Part shown: positions 1-11,682 of the stretch, in pieces
Layout: the number at the start of each line of letters is the position of its first letter
How positions within the stretch are numbered: the first letter of the stretch is position 1
DNA from: Macrostomum lignano
Lineage: Eukaryota
Assembly (NCBI GenBank): GCA_002269645.1
Contig: NIVC01001313.1
Span: forward strand, 1-64,000
Reading direction: 5' to 3'
DNA length: 64,000 bases
Notes under the pieces: generated by a model
What the model was told of the DNA's origin: nothing
The model's input: the letters and a program-made list of their open reading frames with translations, nothing else
Database searches by the model: none
Made by a program: the position numbers and the translations under genes

Positions 1-185
1 TCTCAACTGTTTTCATTACCTATCTTTGCTTATAAAGAAGCGTTTATTGGCAAAGTGCATGAAGGCTTAATATCGGCAGTTAATGCGCACGACGTGGCAA
101 AAATACGTGTCAGTACGAGTTAGTAAGTGTCAATTGATAAGACCTAAAGTATAATTATATTGTCTGGGTTTAATAAGTCTAAAAC

Positions 186-1186
186 CAGGTAATGAGACTG
201 TTAGGACCAGTAATGAGACTGTTAGACCCGGTAATGAGACTGTTAGACCCGGTAATGAGACTGCGAGGACCAGGTAATGAGACTGTTAGATCAGGTAATG
301 AGACTGCGAGGATCAGGTAATGAGACTGCGAGGACCAGGTAATGAGACTGTTAGATCAGGTAATGAGACTGTTAGGACCAGGTAATGAGACTGTTAGGAC
401 CAGGTAATGAGACTGTTAGATCAGGTAATGAGACTGTTAGGACCAGGTAATGAGACTGTTAGGACCAGGTAATGAGACTGTTAGATCAGGTAATGAGACT
501 GTTAGATCAGGTAATAAGACTGTTAGATCAGGTAATGAGACTGTTAGATCAGGTAATGAGACTGTTAGATCAGGTAATGAGACTGTTAGATCAGGTAATG
601 AGACTGTTAGATCAGGTAATGAGACTGTTAGGACCAGGTAATGAGACTGCGAGGACCAGGTAATGAGACTGCGAGGACCAGGTAATGAGACTGTTAGATC
701 AGGTAATGAGACTGTTAGGACCAGGTAATGAGACTGTTAGGACCAGGTAATGAGACTGTTAGACCAGGTAATGAGACTGTTAGGACCAGCAGGTAATGAG
801 ACTGTTAGGACCAGGTAATGAGACTGTTAGACCAGGTAATGAGACTGTTAGATCAGGTAATAGACTGTTAGATCAGGTAATGAGACTGTTAGATCGGGTA
901 ATGAGACTGTTAGACCAGGTAATGAGACTGGAGGACCAGGTAATGAGACTGGGAGGACCAGGTAATGAGACTGCGAGCGACCAGGTAATGAGACTGCGAG
1001 GACCAGGTAATGAGACTGCGAGGACCAGGTAATGAGACTGCGAGGACCAGGTAATGAGACTGCGAGGACCAGGTAATGAGACTGTTAGATCAGGTAATGA
1101 GACTGTTAGACCAGGTAATGAGGCTGTTAGGACCAGGTAATGAGACTGTTAGACCAGGTAATGAGACTGTTAGGACCAGGTAATGA
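186..1186. repeat. Minisatellite, 21-22-nt unit (GGTAATGAGACTGTTAG(G)ACCA / ...AGATCA)
   Basis: Directly visible tandem array downstream of the SLC22-like gene; explains ORFs 450-1032. Confidence 0.95.
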
Positions 1187-1279
1187 AAAAGTGGCAGACA
1201 GTGCTAGACAAATAATAAACAAATACATAACCTAATCAGATCTACAAGGTAGCAGCATACATCAATAGACAATAGTTAA

Positions 1280-3566
1280 TCAAGCCCGCACCTCAAACTC
1301 AATCTGCGAATGACCAACCGGGATAACCATCTTCTCCATAGGCGCCGAGGAGTCATTCTGACTATTACTAGACTCATCTTTATCCTCATCGTTACCAAAT
1401 AATCGACAGCCGAATTGGCGAGCGCAGCTGCCGCTCAAAGCGAGTCAAGCGGCAGGGAGGAGAGCAGCAGAGGCCAGCCAAGCGCCATGGAGCGGAGCAG
1501 GGCTCCTGGCAGGTAGTTAATCAGCGGCGCCAATGTGGAGCCGCAGCGGAGGCAGAAAACGCAGACACCCAGCCCGGTATTCCTGATGCGAATCGATAAC
1601 TTTCCGCGCTGACCGACACCAGCAGATTAAAAGCCGACGTGGAGCAAAAGCTGCCGAGGACGCCCAGGCCGGCTAGCAACGCGCTGCTCCAGCCGCCGCG
1701 AGCGAGCGAACCCTGCGGCAGGAAGTGAGCAGCGGCCCCGAAGCCAACGCTGACCAATCCGGACAGGACGCTGCAAGCCAGAAGGCCCGGCCGGCGAGGC
1801 ACCAGGTTCAACAGGAAGAAACTGGGCACCTGGGTAGAGCCGAGCAGCACAGCGTAGAGACACACATCCGGTATGACGCCGCTCATGACAAAGTAGAAGC
1901 CGTAGCAGTTCATCCCGAGGCACACACCGTGGAAGCCCAGCAGGCAGGCCAGTCGGAGAAGTCGCAGTTCCAGCCGCTGCCGCCGCCGCCGCTGCCGCCG
2001 CTTCCTGTCGCCATTGTCAAAGCCGGATTGGACGGCAGCAACGACGGCGTCCTCGATGGTTGTCGATCATCCCCTGATCGGCGTCGACCGTTAATAACGT
2101 CGACGCGTTTCAGGGCGGCCAGCGATTCGTCCACTCGCCGCGGGCGGCCAGCCAGGCCGGACTCTCCGGCAGCCAGAGCGCCAGCAGCAGGTTGACCGGC
2201 GCCAGGCAGCAGGAGACCAGCACGTACAGCTGGTGGTCTCTGGTCAGGTGCGCCAGCAGGCCGCAGCCCACTGTCCCGATGGAGACGCCGACGCTCCAGA
2301 TGGCCAGGAAGCGGCCCTGATAACGCGAACTGTGCACCTCGCTGCCGTACACCTGTACATGCGAGGTTGAGGGAATGTCAGGTCATCCTAGCAGGATTGG
2401 TCATAAAAAATATGGGCTAGGAGGGTCAGGGAACATTGTATGATCAGGGAACATTGTCATTCACTACTGTATGATCAGGGAACATTGTCATTCACTATGA
2501 CCCGGGAGAATGGTTACCTAAAATGATCTTGGCGAATGGTCATCCACAATGACCAGGGAGAATGGTCACCCACAATGACCAGAGAGAGTGGTCATTCACA
2601 ATGACCAGGGAGAGTGGTCATCCACAATGACCAGGGAAAATGGTCATTCACAATGACCAGGGAGAATGGTCATCCACAATGACCAGGGAGAGTGGTCATT
2701 CACAATGACCAGAGAGAGTGGTCATTCACAATGACCAGGGAGAGTGGTCATCCACAATGACCCAGGAGAATGGTCATTCACAATGACCAGGGAGAATGGT
2801 CATCCACAATGACCAGGGAGAGTGGTCATCCACAATGATCCAGGAGAGTGGTCATCCACAATGACCAGGGAGAATGGTCATCTACTATGATCCAGGATAA
2901 TGGTCATATACAATGACTCAGAACCCCGAGAGGAAGGTGAGCCTGGTGTAAGCACCAGCCGCCGACTTGAGCTACCTGAATGGCGCACTGAGCCACCACC
3001 ATGAAGCAGCCAGCCAGGCCCCGACAAGAGAGATGAAGCCACAAGCTGGGCGCGTAGTTGCTTGCCAAAGTGACCAAGGTGGCGACCACCACGCCGACCA
3101 CAATGCAGGGCTTCCGGCCGAGCCTGTCGGACACGGGGCCGGTCAGCAGCGAGCCTGCGATGGTGCCAAACATGTAGGCCACGTTGGTGAGGTCCCCGGT
3201 CGCCCGGTCGCACAGACGGTATTGCCGACTCAGCGACGAACGAAAGCCCTGATGCTCCGACCACGACAGGCTCATGTCATCGTCCTCAGCGGTGACGTCT
3301 CCGTCTGAGTCGGTCGCCGCCGCGGTGCAGTTGAATGGCCTGATGTTGAGAAACATGCCACTGAGAATCAACAGCGTGCTGTACAGGAGCACCATGAAAC
3401 CCAGCAGGCAGGTCAGGGCGTGGAACCGGGTGAACTTCTCCAAGGACTCTTCCTTCTCGTCCATGCCGGGATCGTCGCGACCCGACTCCGCTGGCGGCGG
3501 CGGCGGCGGCGGCGACAGAGCCTGCCGCTCATCCTCCGCAGCTGTGGAGGCTAAAACGTCAGTCAT
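1280..3566 (-). CDS. SLC22/organic cation transporter-like MFS transporter, frame-disrupted in this sequence
   Basis: Exon 1 is 3566-2976 (ends CAG|GTAGCT, phase 0) and exon 2 starts at 2352 (TACAG|GTG). Motifs: FGTIAGSLLTGPVSDRLGRKP (MFS motif A), LPESPAWL, several hydrophobic segments. Exon 2 homology jumps frame at about 2134, 2060 and 1535, with another shift near 1440 before an acidic tail ending at TGA 1282-1280. The 3' end is tentative. Confidence 0.75.
2505..2900. repeat. 26-nt minisatellite in SLC22 intron (CAATGACCAGGGAGAATGGTCATCCA); each unit has an ATGACCA/TGGTCAT stem
   Basis: Tandem units at 26-nt spacing (e.g. 2547, 2573), no spacers. Confidence 0.9.
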
Positions 3567-4009
3567 GACTAATTATTACAGTTTCGCTAGGCGGATTCTA
3601 TCTGTTGAGCAGTTTTAATCTGAGAGTCACTCTCTGTCCTCCACAGCTTTTGATCTATGGAGGCGGGTCAGAAGTCCATTGTAGTGCAAAAGATAAGCTC
3701 TCATTTTTAGCTTAGTGGAAAACTGCAACTTAACCAATAAAGTTACACGACAAATGGCTCTTCATTTTCGGGTTAAAACAAAATTATTACGCCAATATAC
3801 ATGTAGATTGTTGAGTGCTTTATCTAGGCCACCGGCATAGATTACTCGCGTTTTACGTTGTTTTATTGTGGCTAAAGAACAGTTTTAATGGCAGTTTACC
3901 TGAGTATATGGAATATGGGGCAATCAATTGAACTAACTATAGGTATGTTATAACTGTATAGCATTAGTAATACTGTGAATAGGCTGTATTATTATTCACA
4001 TAAGAGTAC

Positions 4010-5058
4010 TATGATCTCTATGAGCTAATCTATGATCTGTATGAGCGAATCTGTATGATCTGTATGAGCTAATATATGATCTGCATGAGCTAATCTATGA
4101 TCTGCATGATCTGTATGAGCTAATATATGATCTGCATGAGCTAATCTATGATCTGTATGATCTGTATGAGCTAATCTATGATCTGTATGAGCTAATCTAT
4201 GATCTGTATGAGCTAATCTATGATCTGCATGAGCTAATCTATGATCTGTATGAGCTAATCTATGATCTGTATGAGCTAATCTTTGATCTGCATAAGCTAA
4301 TCTATGATCTGTATGAGCTAATATATGATCTGTATGAGCTAATCTATGATCTGCATGAGCTAATCTATGATCTGTATGAGCTAATCTATGATCTGTATGA
4401 GCTAATCTTTGATCTGCATGAGCTAATCTATGATCTGTATGAGCTGTATGAGCTAATCTATGATCTGCATGAGCTAATCTATGATCTGTATGAGCTAATC
4501 TATGATCTGTATGATCTAATCTATGATCTGCATAAGCTAATCTATGATCTGTATGAGCTAATCTATGATCTGCATAAGCTAATCTATGATCTGTATGAGC
4601 TAATCTATGATCTGTATGATCTAATCTATGATCTGCATAAGCTAATCTATGATCTGTATGAGCTAATCTATGATCTGCATAAGCTAATCTATGATCTGTA
4701 TGAGCTAATCTATGATCTGTATGAGCTAATCTATGATCTGTATGATCTAATCTATGATCTGCATAAGCTAATCTATGATCTGTATGAGCTAATCTATGAT
4801 CTGCATAAGCTAATCTATGATCTGTATGAGCTAATCTATGATCTGTATGATCTAATCTATGATCTGCATAAGCTAATCTATGATCTGTATGAGCTAATCT
4901 ATGATCTGCATAAGCTAATCTATGATCTGTATGAGCTAATCTATGATCTGTATGATCTAATCTATGATCTGTATGATCTAATCTATGATCTGTATGAGCT
5001 AATCTATGATCTGTATGATCTAATCTATGATCTGCATGAGCTAATCTATGATCTGTAT
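4010..5058. repeat. 21-nt minisatellite (ATGATCTGTATGAGCTAATCT)
   Basis: Directly visible tandem array. Confidence 0.95.
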
Positions 5059-5789
5059 GACAAACGCATTATGATTACTTACCAGTCAGCTGATGCGCAG
5101 AACCGTTTAAAACAGACATGACGAACTATTTTCTACTCTAGTCTATTGTGTATATATTGAAGTAGCGAACTTAAACACACTTTTATAACTAATGTAATCC
5201 AGAAACTGTCACTGTTGACATTTAATATAAACTGGCTTAGCTGACTGACAGAGAAGCAAGTTCAGAAACCGGTTTGAAAAGTCTGGATGAAACGAACTGC
5301 TTCTGCTGCTGCCGAGGGTAAAAGGTCACGGAGTAACCCCAGGGCAAGCTAGTATTCGTGCAAAATAGAAGTACAGACAGTCTTTTGCTTTTTTTTTCAT
5401 GCTGAAATCCTGCAGCAGTTTGTCTAAATTTGTCGGAAAAAAGACAATTAAAAGGTAAATATAATTAATGATCGTTAAAACCTGATTAAGTCTGCCAATT
5501 AGCAAAGAAGCGATTGCGCTAGATGTATATAAAAATGGAGCCAAAAGTATAGAAATCAATGAAATAACTCTTAACATTAACACTATAAAATTAATTACAA
5601 TTGAAAAATGTGTGGCAAGATTAAAATAGTGAATAGAGTTATTGTATAGGTGCATAGAAGGTCGAGCAGACAAATAGTTTAGGCAAATCATACCGAGGCA
5701 GCAATGGTAGTTTAAGTAGCGATTAATAGGTATAAATTAGATAGGCAAGGCAGGTTAAAGTTGGCAAAGTAGGTTAAGGTACCTTAGGC

Positions 5790-6419
5790 GCATAAACAGT
5801 AGACAAGGTAGGTAAAATAGACAAGGTAGGTAATGTAGGTCATGTAGGTAAAGTAGACAAGGTAGGTAAAGTAGACAAAGTAGGTAAAGTAGACAAGGTA
5901 GGTAAAATAGACAAGGTAGGTAAAGTAGACAAGGTAGGTAAAATAGACAAGGTAGGCAAAGTGGGCCAGGTAGGTAAAGTAGACAAGGTAGGCAAAGTGG
6001 GACAGGTAGGTAAAGTAGACAAGGTAGGTAAAACTGACAAGGTAGGTAAAATAGACAAGGTAGGGAAAGTGGGACAGGTAGGTAAAGTAGACAAGGTAGG
6101 TAAAGTAGGTCAGGTAGGTAAAAATAGACAAGGTAGGTAAAGTGGGCCAGGTTGGTAAAGTAGACAAGGTAGGTAAAGTAGGTCAGGTAGGTAAAGTAGA
6201 CAAGGTAGATAAAGTAGGTCAGGTAGGCAAAGTAGGCCAGGTAGGTAAAGTAGGTCAGGTAGGCAAAGTAGGCCAGGTAGGTAAAGTAGGTCAGATAGGC
6301 AAAGTAGGCCAGGTAGGTAAAGTAGGTCAGGTAGGCAAAGTAGGCCAGGTAGGTAAAGTAGGTCAGGTAGGCAAAGTAGGCCAGGTAGGTAAAGTAGGTC
6401 AGGTAGGCAAAGTAGGCAG
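5790..6419. repeat. 18-nt minisatellite (AAGTAGGTCAGGTAGGCA / AAGTAGACAAGGTAGGTA variants) starting at the amidase 3' end
   Basis: Directly visible; two sub-variants form separate blocks. Confidence 0.95.
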
Positions 6420-8973
6420 AAGCCGCCGCACAGCTGTTCGACGCCGAACGCGGCGTCCAGCAGTTGGCCGTCGCTGAACCTCCTGCCAACCAGCATAGCG
6501 CCGATGGGCAGCGGAGGCTCCCCGGCGGTGCGGCCGCAGTTCAGCGTGATGGCTGGATGCCCGCTGGCGTTGAACGCGGCGGTGTTGCCGATCATGCCAA
6601 GGCCGTGGTTGAACACTTCAACAACGCTGGCCGATTCGTCCAGAAGGCGAGGCGGTCGCATCGGCAGAGTCGGCATCAACAAATAGTCGACGCTATTTAG
6701 CGCGTTGTCATAGCAACGACGCAGCTCGCGTATCCAATTAGCCGCTTGGCTAAAGTGCTTCAAGCCGTAGTTACTGGAGAGAAACTCCGACATCAGCATC
6801 ACCACCTTGACGATGTGCTGATTGTCGGCAGGAAAAGTACGTCGACCTTTGAACGCGGCGTCGACAGCGTCGGGATCGACGTAGGCGTCGTCTAACGGCA
6901 AGGCGCCGTCGGTCAGGTAGGTGGCTCGGAAGCCGTGCAGCAGGTAGGGCAGGTAGAACGCGCCCGACTGGCTGTGCAGCGGCACCGACACCTTCGACAC
7001 TTTCGCACCGGCGCTTGCCAGCTTGCCGGCCAGCTGGCGGACGGCCTCGTCGACGTCCTCGTCGACACCGTGGAAGCCTTCGACAAGTAGGCCGAACGAA
7101 TATTTTGATAGGTCGCCGCGCAGCGACTCGGAGTAGTTGTCGACTCGCAGGTCGGTCGGCTGCCGGCGGTCAAGGCCGTCTCCGTCCAAGCCGGCGATGG
7201 CCTGCAGCAGGCGGGCCGCGTCCGTGACGGTGCGCGCCATCGGGCCCAGGTGGTCGATGCCGCGCATCATCGACAGCGCGCCGGTGTACGGCACCAGGCC
7301 GAATGTCGGCTTCAGTCCAACTATGCCGCACCAGGCGCTGGGGATTCGAATCGATCCGCCCTGATCCCCGCCGATCGCCATGTCAACTAGGCCCTTGGCA
7401 ACCAGGTAGCCGCAGCCGGAGCTCGAACCGCCGGCCGAGTGCAGCTCCGAGTGCGGATTTGGCACCGCGCCTTTGAAGGTGGTGTGGCTGGCACCGCTGG
7501 AATTTTAAAGTAGGTTTTTGAGTAAACGATGAAATGCTTAAATCACTACTTACAGTAGTCTGAAAGACTATTCACCGTTAAATTTTGAATTGGAAGCAAC
7601 GAAAATTAAGTTGGATAGGAAATTTACGAAGTTTTTTAAAAAAAATATTGAGGGTACTGGGTGAGAACAATATTCAGTGGCCCAACAACTGAGGATCTGC
7701 GAAGGCCAGCAACTGAGGATCCGGGAGGCTGCTCCAGCAACTGAGGATCTGGGAGGCTGATTCAGCAACTGAGGATCTGGGAGGCTGATTCAGCAACTGA
7801 GGATCTGGGAGGCTGATTCAGCAACTGAGGATCTGGGAGGCTGGCCCAGAAACTGACGATCTGGGAGGCTGGCCCAGCAACTGAGGATCTGGGAGGCTGG
7901 CCCAGCAACTGAGGATCTGGGAGGCTGTGGCCCAGCAACTGAGGATCTGGGAGGCTGGCCCAGCAACTGAGGATCTAGGAGGCTGGTTCAGCAACTGAGG
8001 ATCTGGGAGGCTGGCCCAGCAACTGAGGATCTGGAAGGTTGATTCAGCAACTGAGGATCTGGGAGGCTGGCCCATAACTGAGGATCTGGGAGGCTGCCCA
8101 AGCCGCACCTGAAGCACATGTCCTCGCAGACGGCCTTGCCAACAATCCGGCCGCCAGCAGCCAGAATTCTGGTGACCACGGTGGCATCTTCGGTGGGCAC
8201 GAAGCCCTCCAGCAGCTTGGAGCCGTTCATCATGGGTACCCCAGCCACGCTGACACTGTCCTTCAGGGCCAGGGTTTTGCCGGCAAGCGGCAGGCTGCTG
8301 TCCTGGGCCGCCGCCGGGTCCTTCAAGTCGCAGCGCCAGTACCAGGCATTGCCCGGATTGTCCGCGGCGCTGGCCCGCTGCCCGCAGCTCCTTGGCGGCA
8401 CCGGCTGCGAGGCGACTGTCGACGTTGAAGATCGCATAGGATTTTCCAGTCTGTTGTGTTGTGGGGATATTGAAAATCTGTTAAAAAATCAATATTCGCG
8501 GGAAGGACTGTGGGGCACTCTGGCGTAACGCCTTCGGCAACATCGCCCCACAACCAGCGCTGACGGCAATTCTGTGGGAATGACAAGGCCGCTGTACACC
8601 CTGTGTGAGCGTGTGCCTGCTTAACGGGTCATCGGAATGGGCACAACGGCTTGCCTGCTTGCTGGTTAAGATTCAAATTTCGCCTTGATCCGGCCCAACG
8701 CCAAAAAGAACCCTGAACCAACTGATAGACATGCTACAAACATTGACACATCAGCAATCACCTATCCAAAGAAGTGAGCGAGGCTGAGAGCTGGCCAATA
8801 AGCTCCTTGTAGGCTGTCAGCTCGTCATCGCTAGAACTGAAGCCGAACCGGTCAGATAAGCGCCGGAGCTCCTGCAGAGACGGCTGACGAAAAGCCTGAC
8901 GGCTGTACAGCGACAGGTGGCGGCAGGCGGCGGTGGCGGGGCGGAGCGAGGTAAGTCGGCGAACAGCTTGCAT
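6110..8973 (-). CDS. Amidase-signature family enzyme (bacterial-type amidase-like) with a putative mitochondrial presequence
   Basis: Exons 8973-8762, 8450-8109 and 7496-(6416 or 6110); GT-AG introns with consistent phase 2/2. Motifs LKDS (catalytic Lys), GGSSSG and [10 protein letters not shown] (Ser-cisSer-Lys triad), [17 protein letters not shown]. The N-terminus is Arg/Ser/Ala-rich with no acidic residues. Amidase homology ends at about 6419. Confidence 0.92.
7681..8100. repeat. 28-nt minisatellite (CAGCAACTGAGGATCTGGGAGGCTGGCC) in amidase intron 2
   Basis: Directly visible; same unit as 9058-9968. Confidence 0.95.
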
Positions 8974-9057
8974 GGCTTCCCGCTCTGAGGCTATGGCTCA
9001 TTAATCAAGGCAATCGTTTATTTATTTTTTAGTCCCTGTTGCCTACGGCAGGAGGAC

Positions 9058-9968
9058 TGCGGATCTGGGAGGGTGCGCGGTGGTGGCCCAGCAACTGAGG
9101 ATCTGGGAGGGTGCGCGGTGGTGGCCCAGCAACTGAGGATCTGGGAGGGTGCGCGGTGGTGGTCCAGCAACTGAGGATCTGGGAGGCTGGTCCAGCAACT
9201 GAGGATCTGGGAGGCTGGTCCAGCAACTGAGGATCTGGGAGGCTGGTCCAGCAACTGAGGATCTGGGAGGTTGGCCCAGCAACTGAGGATCTGGGAGGCT
9301 GGCCCAGCAACTGAGGATCTGGGAGACTGGCCCAGCAACTGAGGATCTGGGAGGCTGGCCCAGCAACTGAGGATCTGGGAGGCTGGCCCAGCAACTGAGG
9401 ATCTGGGAGGCTGGCCCAGCAACTGAGGATCTGGGAGGCTGGCCCAGCAACTGAGGATCTGGGAGGCTGGCCCAGCAACTGAGGATCTGGGAGGCTGGCC
9501 CAGCAACTGAGGATCTGGGAGGCTGGCCCAGCAACTGAGGATCTGGGAGGCTGGTCCAGCAACTGAGGATCTGGGAGGCTGGCCCAGCAACTGAGGATCT
9601 GGGAGACTGGCCCAGCAACTGAGGATCTGGGAGGCTGGCCCAGCAACTGAGGATCTGGGAGGCTGGCCCAGCAACTGAGGATCTGGGAGGCTGGCCCAGC
9701 AACTGAGGATCTGGGAGGCTGGCCCAGCAACTGAGGATCTGGGAGGCTGGCCCAGCAACTGAGGATCTGGGAGGCTGGCCCAGCAACTGAGGATCTGGGA
9801 GGCTGGCCCAGCAACTGAGGATCTGGGAGGCTGGCCCAGCAACTGAGGATCTGGGAGGCTGGCCCAGCAACTGAGGATCTGGGAGGCTGGCCCAGCAACT
9901 GAGGATCTGGGAGGCTGGTCCAGCAACTGAGGATCTGGGAGGCTGGCCCAGCAACTGCGGATCTGGGA
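9058..9968. repeat. 28-nt minisatellite, same family as 7681-8100, upstream of the amidase ATG
   Basis: About 32 units at 28-nt spacing (9361, 9389...). Confidence 0.95.
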
Positions 9969-10354
9969 AGGTAGGGTGATTGCCCAAGCAAAGGAAAATA
10001 GCTTTTATGAGAATTATGAAGATAAAACCCGACAGACAATAAAATATTAATACAAAGTGGCCGAGAGTGAAGCCTATAGTTATACCAAAATAACAAAATT
10101 CAGTATATTATTTAACAAAAACCAATGATTGCTTATAGAATGGAAAACACGCAGTAGTTTTAGGCCGCTCCCGAAATAACGCAATTAAGCCGGTGTGCAG
10201 TTTAACAAAATAAACAGAGAATTAGCTGAAAATTTCTACATTAATTAGACAAAAGAATTTTGTAAACGATAAAATCCTTTCCGTCCATTCATCCAGTTCA
10301 TAGACAACATCAAAGGTTGGTTGATTTTGGATCATTTTTTCCATTCATTCTGTG

Positions 10355-11135
10355 CAGTTTAGATTCATTTTGTACAGTTTAGATTCATTTTGTACAGTTT
10401 AGATTAATTTTGTACAGTTTAGATTCATTTTGTACAGTTTAGATTCATTTTGTACAGTTTAGATTCATTTGGTACAGTTTAGATTCATTTTGTACAGTTT
10501 AGATTCATTTTGTACAGTTTAGATTCATTTTGTACAGTTTAGATTAATTTGTACAGTTTAGATTCATTTTGTACAGTTTAGATTCATTTTGTACAGTTTA
10601 GATTTATTTTGTACAGTTTAGTTTTTTTGTACAGTTTAGATTCATTTTGTACAGTTTAGATTCATTTTGTACAGTTTAGATTAATTTGTACAGTTTAGAT
10701 TCATTTTGTACAGTTTAGATTCATTTTGTACAGTTAAGATTCATTTTTTGCAGTTTAGATTCATTTTGTACAGTTTAGATTAATTTGTACAGTTTAGATT
10801 AATTTGTACACTTTAGATTCATTTTGTACAGTTTAAATTCATTTTGTACAGTTTAGATTCATTTTGTACAGTTTAGATTCATTTTGTACAGTTTAGATTC
10901 ATTTTGTACAGTTTAGATTCATTTTGTACAGTTAAGATTCATTTTGTGCAGTTTAGATTCATTTTGTACAGTTTAGATTAATTTGTACAGTTTAGATTAA
11001 TTTGTACACTTTAGATTCATTTTGTACAGTTTAAATTCATTTTGTACAGTTTAGATTCATTTTGTACAGTTTAGATTCATTTTGTACAGTTTAGATTCAT
11101 TTTGTACAGTTCAGATTCATTTTGTACAGTTTAAT
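10355..11135. repeat. 20-nt minisatellite (AGATTCATTTTGTACAGTTT)
   Basis: Directly visible. Confidence 0.95.
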
Positions 11136-11682
11136 TAACTGTTCAGAGCTAAAAAATAACAAAGATAAGATATAACATTTGTTCTAGGTTAACCTATCTA
11201 AAATGATAACAATACCACCTGATTTATTACTTACAACATTATTACTTAACATTCAACATAGAGAGGAGTGCTTTGACAGTTAACTGCAGTACCAGAATTA
11301 GCATGCAGATTCCCCAGGAGCAACTGCAGCATGAAGAGTTTAGTCAATCCAATGCGATCTGAAAACTATCACCCATCCGAATATTTGATTACGACTAACT
11401 AAAATCGAATGTTAAAAAGCGGACAAATAAGAACTCGATGATCTATGATTAATAAAACACTACTTCCACATAGAATACTACTTATAAATCAGTAGCAAGC
11501 AGAGAATATAGCGAATCAAGGTATCAAGGTAATACTTGAGATAGTAACGGATCAGCGCAAGTAAACTGTAGGCTTAGCAAATTGGGAGTCAGCTAAATGT
11601 GACACGACAAGAGTAAGCGGCCGCACAGGTGCGTATGAGAAAGGTAAACCAATTTATAGTCACGGGTTGTTCGGCTCCAGTA

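Noticed and set aside
450-1032. ORFs in the 21-22-nt array
   Set aside because: Pure translations of a minisatellite; no unique coding sequence.
2505-2900. CRISPR-like palindromic repeats
   Set aside because: Units are contiguous with no unique spacers, there are no cas genes, and the context is a eukaryotic intron.
9018-10096. 300-355 aa ORFs (SLPDPQLL...)
   Set aside because: All three frames of a stop-free 28-nt repeat.
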